The translations under genes were made by a program, and so were the position numbers. Of a DNA stretch of 63,791 bases, positions 55,110-63,791 are shown piece after piece. The notes beneath the pieces are model-generated. The model was not told the origin of the DNA. It saw only the letters and a list, made by a program, of their open reading frames with translations, and searched no databases. Location of the stretch: positions 1-63,791 of the forward strand of contig JBJFYX010000158.1 in the NCBI GenBank assembly GCA_044892525.1, in the 5' to 3' direction. The stretch is from Schmidtea polychroa. Lineage: Eukaryota. Every line of letters starts with the position of its first letter. The first letter of the stretch is position 1.

Positions 55110-58100
55110 TGTTGCGGGTACACTACTCGGATGACCCCTTTCTAGTGCAACTTTAGTCTAGAGGATGAATGCCACCTCGATTTCGCCCATCATTTATTTG
55201 GTCATCGCCGAGCGGGACCCGTACATAACTTACACTCCAACATAGCACCCGTGAATTGCTTCGCGTTGGAACTGTGCTATGCCGGCGAGACGCCAGTAAG
55301 CAGGTGAGCCAGCTCCTTCGGACTACTCCTTACTGAGGCCTCGACTTCCCAACCCTGACTGCCGATAGAAGGACTTACGTCTACTCATTCCGTCGCCCCA
55401 TCGCAATATTTCTAGCTGAGTTTACCAACTGACTAATGCTCCTCATAATTTTATGACTCTCAATACCATTTACCAATTTCAACTCAACTGTCTTAAGATG
55501 AACACAAAGAAAAAAAAACGTATGCAGACAAATATGGTTTATTATTAAGATTATCACACAAATATATCTAACACCTATACAATAAAGTTCACGACAACGG
55601 GAAAAGAGACAAGGTAAAATGTTATCAGACAATGTTCAGGTCAATTCAGAGAACGAAGACTTTTTACGGGGAAGTTCTCATTTCTCCCACTCCGAGTCTG
55701 CCAATAGATCTTCCAAATCGAAAAACTCAGAGGCGTTTTCCTCCCAGGTAACACCAGCGGCGGAGATGATTCGCCCTGAGATCACTGATGCTAAATCAAT
55801 TGCTGCAGGAGGGTTGATGACTTTGATTGGATGATCCGACGATTGCTGGTTCTGTTTGGCGGTTACGCGTTCCCGCTGTTTCTTTTTGCGTTCGGCTCTC
55901 GATAATTGCCGACGCTTTGGCTTCGATGCCGTTGGGTTGATCGGGGGTGCTGCGGAGGTGGATGCTATCGCAGGTAGCACTTTACTGGTTCCGGTAAAGA
56001 TGATTTCTGGCCCTTTAGGTGAGAGCTCGGTCTCTACGCACCCATGGCAGGACTTTCCGACTGGAGAAGAAGATCCGCCAGAGATATCATGATGCGCGGG
56101 GAAAAGATTACTGGCTTCATTAATTGGGATCTTCGCGATCTTCCTTGTAGTCGCGGCCTGGACGTATAATTTGTGCAGCGCCTCCGACTGCTCTTTTATC
56201 AGGCTCCTCTGCGCCCGACTCTCGGAAATCAACGCGTCTCTACAGTGCTCGCTTCGGTGCAGCTTCTTCTGAACCTCCTTCATCTGGGTGGGACTAAACC
56301 ATGTCCCCTCTAACTCATCTATCCTTCTTTTGTGTTTTCCGATTTGGGCCTGGAGCTCTTTGATAATTGAATTCTTGTCGGAGCAAGAAAAACAAGGTCG
56401 AAGAACGGACTTGGAATTTGGCAACATTTTGAGCGACTGTGAAAAAAGAAAATGAAAATAATTAAATCAGCGGGAGTGTCACCATCTGACTACATTCATA
56501 CTGTACTGATCATAGACAAAAATATGGGTTTACCAGTCAAGACAAGTTCTACTACGCGATGGATTCTCGTACCCTTTCGGGGCTTTGATTATAAGAAGAT
56601 AAATCGATCAAACCAGATTTCACACAAGGAAAAGGAAGATATTACTATTTGTGAGAGAAATCTAGGTCGATGAAAAGGATTATTTATTTAATCCGCTTGG
56701 AGTCATTATTTCACGTTTACCGAGAATCGATTTAAATTGTCGACTTCTCCCCCCGTACGAGTGCTTTTAATGAGTGTATCATATACTGGGGTCGAGTGAC
56801 TATCTATGGAAAAGGGGTCCATAATGCCTGTTGATTAGTTCCTACAGGATAAACGGAAGGTTATTTAAATTTTTAATTGTTTATTCATTCTCTTTAATTA
56901 CTCACATATATGTTTTACCTGGTTTACATAATATTTATTTAACAATATTCGATATTTATATTAATGATAACTATGTCAAAAAATGAGATAATTTCGGTGC
57001 CATTCATGCTAAGATAATACAGAGAGAATAATCATAATTATGATCGAGTTTATCATTAAAAATTAGTGTCTTTATAACAACTGAGCACGGTATCCGTGTG
57101 AGCTAGTAGTCGACCATACCCGCTGGGTAGATAAGGTAATGTCAGCCCAGTGATTGACTCTTAATCCGGAGCGGTGAAATCTGATAGCTGTCGGTAGTTT
57201 AATTGGCATGTTCGATCTAATTTTACATGAGTAGATGCGTGTGTGACTTTGCCTACTGTACTTGGCTACTAGGTACGTCTGCAACTGGTGACGCATGCAA
57301 GGTGCGCTTTCACACACCTAATTATACTACAAATGCAGGCGTTGAAGGTTTGCATGATGGCATTCTCTCAGAATTTTATCCACCTCGTAATCACTCACAA
57401 TTCTACGGCATATGGTGATGATTTACTAATTCTCGCCGGATTATTGGAAAAATTCTAATTATCTGGATTGCAAATGTTGGATATAGCTTGCTCCAAGGGT
57501 GGATTTTTCGTCTTCAATTCCTCAAGCCTAGTTTATCAATCTACTCTCTAAGTGCTGGAGGATTTTTTCCTATCTCTGCTGGATTGCCAACCTCATGTAA
57601 TACTGGAATTTTGTATTTAACAAGATTATCGGCTAACTGGAAGAAATATATTTTCTTGGTTCGAATTGGTTGCATTTTCCATTGTTAAATTATTTGATGC
57701 CAATAGTTTAGGTAATTATGATAATTAATTGTATGTAAATATTTTTATACAAATAAAAAAAATTAATTGAAGTAAATTATTTTATGTAATTCAAAATTTT
57801 ATTTGGAACAAACTCGTTTTATGAAGTTCTAACAATTATCTGTAATAAATTATTTTACGTAGTTCTACAATTTATCCGTAAACAGTCATTTTGAATAATT
57901 CCAATAATTATCTGAAGTAATCTACTTTGAGCTTCCTTGCAACTATGTCTTTAAGAGAACTTTTAGATGAACGGAATAATAGTTCAAAGGGTTTTAGGGT
58001 AACAATTGGTCGGAACAGATTCTGAGTGAAAGGTATGAACATCAAAGATATGTCACAGATAGCCTCATTAAGGTTTGAACAATTTTTGACGCACAACCTA

Positions 58101-59217
58101 TATTGATGATAGAGAAATTTTTAGGCTTAGCAAAAACGATATTTGAAGACGATAGTGTGACACCCTCAATCACTGCGCGAATACATCAAAATTCTCCGAT
58201 TCCTTTATTACATATCTTTGTTTTCAATCACTACATGACTATCAATTTTCTGCCACCATTTACCTATAGATTTTAGTCGCACCTTCAGCAATTGGACCCG
58301 TGAAGAAGCCCTCACATTTCGGCCCAATCTAGCTGCGTGATTGAAATACCCTATGTCCACCGGTGGAGCTCCCGGAGGCACCTCACACCATGACATAGAG
58401 TATCTCAACGCCACGTTTCTCGCAAAATTGAATAGTCTCCAATAATAATTCATAAAAATTAATTCATAAAAGATCAATAATTCTTAACGAGCAAATCATT
58501 TATTATCGAGCAAATTATTTAAATAAAGCATTCTAAAATCAAACGAAAAGAAAAACCATTTTTTCTTTTTAAATTAAAAATATTATTAAACTATACGCAT
58601 TACTTAAAAATTCAAAATAAGCAATCAAAAAATCCTTACCGAATGATTGATACAAGTATGGGCTGAGTCGAAAAGGGTACTATGTCGAATCAGTTAATGC
58701 TCGAATATCGTCTAGTTCTGTAAAAATCTCTTGAATCTTGGAATTGTCCTCGTGAGTTATCGTGCGTTAGTTGCTGGAGTTCTGTTCTGTCGTAGAATAG
58801 ATTTACCTATTGAGGTGGTTGATTAACAGTGATTGTTATGTTTTTAATGCCTGCTTATATATTAATTTTTTGTTTGCGCGGACCAATTAGAATTGAGTAC
58901 CGCTTAATTTTATTAATTTAATTTATTTTCCTTGTTTTTGAGTTATTTCTTCTTACTTTCTTTATTAAAATTATGTTTTTATTTATTTTTCTTAATTTTC
59001 TTATTATTTACTATATTTTACGTTGTTTTCCGCCATTCTATTGTCCTATTTTAATTTTTTCTCATCTTTATATTTTTTGTTTTAATTCCTATTTTCTAAT
59101 TATTGTTTTTCTTATGTTTTATTCTATTTTGTTTGTCAATTTATTTGTTTTTATTTTTTATTTTATTTTAGTTAAGTTTGCCCTAATTTCCCAACTACCC
59201 TTCGATTCAGCCCAACA
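55110..59217 (-). repeat. LTR 3 (5' LTR)
   Basis: Ends cccaaca at 59217, followed by TSD caaa and unique sequence. Differs from LTR1/LTR2 at 57385 (t vs g). Confidence 0.97.
55678..56427 (-). CDS. LTR-embedded 249-aa ORF, copy 3
   Basis: Identical translation to 14678-15427. Confidence 0.55.
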   Translation of the reverse strand: MLPNSKSVLRPCFSCSDKNSIIKELQAQIGKHKRRIDELEGTWFSPTQMKEVQKKLHRSEHCRDALISESRAQRSLIKEQSEALHKLYVQAATTRKIAKIPINEASNLFPAHHDISGGSSSPVGKSCHGCVETELSPKGPEIIFTGTSKVLPAIASTSAAPPINPTASKPKRRQLSRAERKKKQRERVTAKQNQQSSDHPIKVINPPAAIDLASVISGRIISAAGVTWEENASEFFDLEDLLADSEWEK

Positions 59218-59916
59218 CAAATATATAACAAATATAAAAGAGTTTCAAATTTAAATGTTTCCTTTTGTGTACCGGTCACAATATCATAATTATCATACAA
59301 AATTTATAATTATTTATAAGATATTTAAATATTAAAAATTAACTATTATATTAAGTAAATAAAATATATTTGTTTATCTATTATAGTGTATAATACACGT
59401 GTATACATACATAGTGTATACATACATAATACATAGTGTATAATAGTGTATATTATACGTGTATAATACACGTTAATTTACTTTCTGAAATCAAAAATTC
59501 CAATCAAACATGTTTAACAAAATCACTGAAGTTTCTAAAGAAGTCGAATCATCAGAAGTAGTTGCAGAAGAAACCGAACAAATCGATCAAGGCAAATCGA
59601 TCAACATATGTCATAAATAAATGTTGCATCTTATTACACTTGGAAACACTTGTTTTGAAACCGCACATTTTAGTCTTTTTTTATCTCCTTTTTCCCTGGT
59701 GGTAAACATTAATTATGGTGTTATACATGATATTAATAATGTTATAAACAAGACTCGTCAATATATTATTTTAAACCATATATTGTAATATGAAAATCCA
59801 AGTATATGAAAAGAATATTTAATCATCCTAAACTTTATTCTAAAAATACTTCATTGTTATTTAAAAAAAAAATACAATAAAAAATCGTAGATTACGCAAA
59901 AATCAAACAAACTTAC

Positions 59917-60147
59917 CGACATTTTGACGGATTGTCAACAAACCAATCGACATCAACAACAGCAAAGAGGAATATTTATAATTCATTCTGTCGACGGCGT
60001 CGTCATCGAATCGGATCTTATCTTCGCTGACTTGGCTCAATCTGCCGAGTTGAAAAAAGAACGTATTATCGACATCGGGAAATATTCCAAAACCCGAAAA
60101 GCTGCTTCGACGTCTATCTCCTGTCAAAACCAGATCACGAAATTGTC
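59917..60147 (-). CDS. inx: Innexin, coding exon 2 (N-terminus and TM1)
   Basis: DDDAVDRMNYKYSSLLLLMSIGLLTIRQNVG matches the innexin N-terminal D-DRLNY-T motif. Acceptor tttctag ends at 60148. Phase-1 donor G|gtaagt at 59916 joins in frame to GA-AAA-CCA at 9238. Confidence 0.88.
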
Positions 60148-60196
60148 CTAGAAAAATAATTCAATTCTGAGTTTAAAATCAACGGTTTTTACTTAC

Positions 60197-60206
60197 CTCT
60201 ACTCAT
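60197..60206 (-). CDS. inx: Innexin, putative coding exon 1 (ATG AGT AGA G)
   Basis: Followed by a 49-bp gtaagt...ctag intron (60196-60148); phase matches exon 2 (MSRGQFRDLVL...). Confidence 0.65.
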
Positions 60207-62099
60207 TAATATAAATATTCGATAGCTGAGAAAATGGATTTTAGATGCTTTTTATCTTATAATTGATTGTGAGTCCATGAAATTTACAATGCTGCCTAAA
60301 TAGTCTATGATTGCACATGTTGTTTTTTCTAGAGGAATAATAATAATAATAATAATATCTGACTGGGAATGTATGTATGTGTGTATATGTGTGTGTTTGA
60401 AACAATATAAGAAATCCTGCTGGATTTTGATGTTGTAATTTTATGTACAAGATTTCATTTACATTTTCATTATCCAACCGTTTACATCTTGTAATTTGTT
60501 GAATTTTAACTTGTTGGATTTTTTATTTTGAGAATTTTTGAGAAAATTCTAATTTTAATAATTAAAAATAATAATAATAATAAAATAATTAATATTGGAT
60601 TTTTTTCCTAAAAAATTAAATTGGAAATAATATATTTTTGTTATCGTTGAATACGTTGATGATATTAATGATATAAATGTCCAACAATATCTTGTTTTTA
60701 TCTATTAGTGTGATCTTAACATTTTTTAGTGTTTTATTTTAATTTGAGACTCTTTATATCAAAAAACTTAAACCGTCTATCAACATTCAACTTAATTAAT
60801 ACTTAAATTAATATTTAATTTGATTTAAAATTTAAAATAAAAAAAAATTTATAAAATATAAAACCTTTTTTATAAAATAAAATATTAAAAAATTAAAAAT
60901 TAAATTAAATTATAGAATTTAAAATTTAAAAATAGGAAATATTATTTTGGTAATTAAAATAAAATATAAATTAAATTAAATTAAACCAATAAGTTCATTA
61001 TAAAATACGAAATAAATTTATTTTTCCCTAACAATAATTATTAAATGTAATAATGATCAAAGTCACTTATAAAAGGCAGTGCCAAAAATTTGTTAGTATC
61101 AACAAACAACGATATATTACTGATTTATAGTCATCAAACTCTCTTTTTAATGAATTCAATGGAAAAAATAATCAGTGGTGAAATTGAAAGAAATAAAAGT
61201 TCTTATAATAATATTGATTATGTTAGTTTATATTTTAAGTTTTACCAAATGATTGTTATAAATTTTAATTATAGCTTGGTTTTATGTCAATTTTTTCTTA
61301 TATTATTACCATTATTTCATTATGTCTTTTTTGTTGTTTATCATCACATTTATGAATTTTTTAATAATATCAGAGACGCGAAATAAATATTGCACTTTTT
61401 GCATGTCCGTTCGTAAGCAAATGATGATGATACAAAAGATCAACTGACTTATGAAGAATGCCTCTTCTGGGCCCATTAATAATGCTAATTCAAATAAATT
61501 ATTTTTATAAATCAGAATGAATAATTTTTATTCTCTTAGCGATTTCATCTTGTTTAGGACGTTATATCGACAGGAATTGTATTTTATTTTGGAATATATT
61601 GTTGAACTGATATTGTTTTGAATGGATTGTGATTAGATATTAGTCTCGGGAATTCTCGAGCGAAATTGTTTTCCCCATTCCCTGGAAATCTGTTTGGGAA
61701 TCAGAGGAAAATCTAATTTTTTAAGACCCGACTAGAATAAACTTTTTTATTTTCTATGAGTTTTATTCTCGACATCTCTTAGCAAAACTCTTGAAACTAT
61801 GTTTAGTTAAGATATGTTCCTAATTAAAATCACAGAACATTTTCTTTGATATTTATACCTTTGATTTTTCAGATTGGGATATTGTTTTTCTTAGATATAA
61901 CAAATGGCAATATGATATTTTTTATGGATTTGAAACGTGAAGTTAATTCAGTTTTACATTATTTAATAACTTGTTCTTTTGTTTAGATATAATACTTTGT
62001 TTATAATTCGATAAAGGTTAATCAAGTGATCAACTTTATTACTTTATGTTCTTACAAATATTATGTTTTATATAGGTTGATAAAATGAGTACGAAAAAT

Positions 62100-63400
62100 T
62101 ATGAGGATTAGTGGCAGTATTTTAAAAAACGATAATGATACAGTACGATAACTTAATATCTCAGTGAGCCGCATTAAATATATGAAATATTTCTTCCGCT
62201 TCTTTTTTGCTCTTGGTCGTGATAAAGATATCATCTACATATATTGCATAGAAACCGATGGATTGTATGGTCCTCAGTGTTTATCGTTTGAAGTTATCCA
62301 TAAAGATGATTGCTAACAATCCTGAGATGCTAGAACCCATAAGCAAACCTTTAACTTGTTTGCTTTTTCTTTTGTTCAAAAGTAAAATATGTGCCCTCGA
62401 GGATAACAATAAGAAGTTTGATAATATTCTCGGTATTCATTTTCTTTTATTAACAAGTATCTTTCTCTTAATTTCTTTTCTAAACATTTAATAGCTTCTT
62501 TTGGGTCGATAGATATGTATAGTGATATGGCATCAAGGCTGAAAGGGTATTTGAATGATATATGGGTAGTTCTGTTTATATTTAATTTTACCATGAGGAA
62601 GTGATGATTTGAAGATAGTGTGAACAGTGTCCAATAATGGTTCTAAGATCTTTGAAAGGAGCCAACTTGTTTTAGTTGTTAGTTCATTTGTGTTGGATAC
62701 AATAGGTCTAAATTTAATAGCAGGACTCTCTTTGTCAGGTTTTATTAGGAGGTAGAGGTTGGGAAGATCGGAAATTTTTGTAACGAAACCTTTAGCAAAT
62801 CTGTTCTTGAGGCCCATTTCTACAGCAATACCTTTCCATACTTTGTTGATCTTCATTTCAATGGTATTTGATAACATGTGGCTAATTTTCTGAATGTATC
62901 AATGTCACCGAGGTGTTCGTAGGCAACATCACAGTAACGGTTCTTTTTTGCTATAATAATTCTCCTCCCTTGTCACTTGGTAAGTAAAGATATGATTTCT
63001 TTTAATGGATTTTAATTTTGTTTGTTCATCTTTCAATAGGTTTGAGAGATATGGTTTTCTTTCTTCTTTCTCAACTATATCCATGATTTTGAGACAAACC
63101 TTTGAGAGTATCGAATCTTATTCCGCACCAGGATTTTGATGTTATAGTTTTTCTTATTTGGATATACTGGAGCTTTCCCTCTTCATTTGCATGAAGTATC
63201 GTATTGTTCCATTTGATTTGGTATGCAATGCAGCACCTAACTGTTTTGAAATTGAGGATGGCTGTGTCATCTATGGTTCTACTTATACTGAACTTTGGTC
63301 CCAGTAATAGTAATACTTTTTCACAATAGGATATACAATTTGTGGGTTCAATTCCTTAAGGCTTAAATTATTATGTAACTGTTTAACATTTAATTAAATC
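62100..63400 (-). pseudogene. Penelope-like retroelement RT remnant
   Basis: LYLLIKPDK..FRPIVS..TSWLLSKILEPLL; FSLDAISLYISID.KEAI; KGLLMGSSISGLLAIIFMD; IYVDDIF..IFNAAH. Frameshifted with stops. Confidence 0.8.
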
Positions 63401-63424
63401 TGCTAACAAGAAATCAACACTTTA

Positions 63425-63625
63425 NNNNNNNNNNNNNNNNNNNNNNNNNNNNNNNNNNNNNNNNNNNNNNNNNNNNNNNNNNNNNNNNNNNNNNNNNNNN
63501 NNNNNNNNNNNNNNNNNNNNNNNNNNNNNNNNNNNNNNNNNNNNNNNNNNNNNNNNNNNNNNNNNNNNNNNNNNNNNNNNNNNNNNNNNNNNNNNNNNNN
63601 NNNNNNNNNNNNNNNNNNNNNNNNN
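63425..63625. other. Assembly gap (N run)
   Basis: N characters. Confidence 1.
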
Positions 63626-63791
63626 TAATAATTGTTAGTTGTATACTTTTATTATTTCTAACATGCATAATTAAGTACTAATATTTATTAAATATAAAAA
63701 AATGGAATTTGTGTGCAATATTTAAACAAATATTCACGAAGATTTTTATTCAACTTCTAGTATTGTAAGTATACCACATTAATCAAAAACA

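Larger units (their letters stand above)
14110..59217 (-). mobile_element. Tandem array of a giant Ty3/gypsy LTR retroelement (LTR-int-LTR-int-LTR; single element 24.6 kb, period 20.5 kb)
   Basis: Three 4108-bp direct repeats with TGTTG...CAACA ends; TSD CAAA at 14106-14109 and 59218-59221; RT-RH-IN order; PBS beside LTR2 and LTR3. Confidence 0.97.

Noticed and set aside
58973-59254. 93-aa ORF differing from its LTR1/LTR2 counterparts
   Set aside because: A T-rich non-coding frame running across the LTR/flank junction; useful only as confirmation of the boundary.
59385-59475. Short palindromic tatagtgtata/tacacgtgta repeats
   Set aside because: Low-complexity AT-rich microsatellite-like DNA with no further support.

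Overview
AT-rich invertebrate (eukaryotic) genomic DNA. The host is probably a flatworm such as a planarian; this is inferred from the innexin gene, a 49-bp intron and the base composition, and is not proven. The window is dominated by a 45.1-kb tandem array of a giant Ty3/gypsy-type LTR retroelement on the minus strand (14110-59217). Its layout is LTR-internal-LTR-internal-LTR, with 4108-bp LTRs, a 20,500-bp period, a 4-bp TSD (CAAA) and a tRNA-Pro PBS. Besides gag and RT-RNaseH-integrase, each unit carries unusual cargo: an IAP-type RING ORF upstream of gag; two ankyrin-repeat blocks plus a signal/ectodomain/TM module fused in frame to Pol; an intronless full-length TRAF gene; three coiled-coil or orphan ORFs; a small type-I membrane ORF; and an ORF inside the LTR. 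I find no aspartic protease or polypurine tract. The spacers between cargo ORFs are rich in UGUAHAUA (Pumilio-type) motifs. The array sits in sense orientation in a 50.7-kb intron of a host innexin gene, whose exons I could join in frame across it. Flanks contain a 7.1-kb Polinton/Maverick-like non-autonomous element (AG...CT ends, ~0.75-kb TIRs, 6-bp TSD), decayed mariner, Tigger, gag and Penelope-like fragments, a MITE, microsatellites and three assembly gaps. All comparisons were made by eye; no database searches were run.
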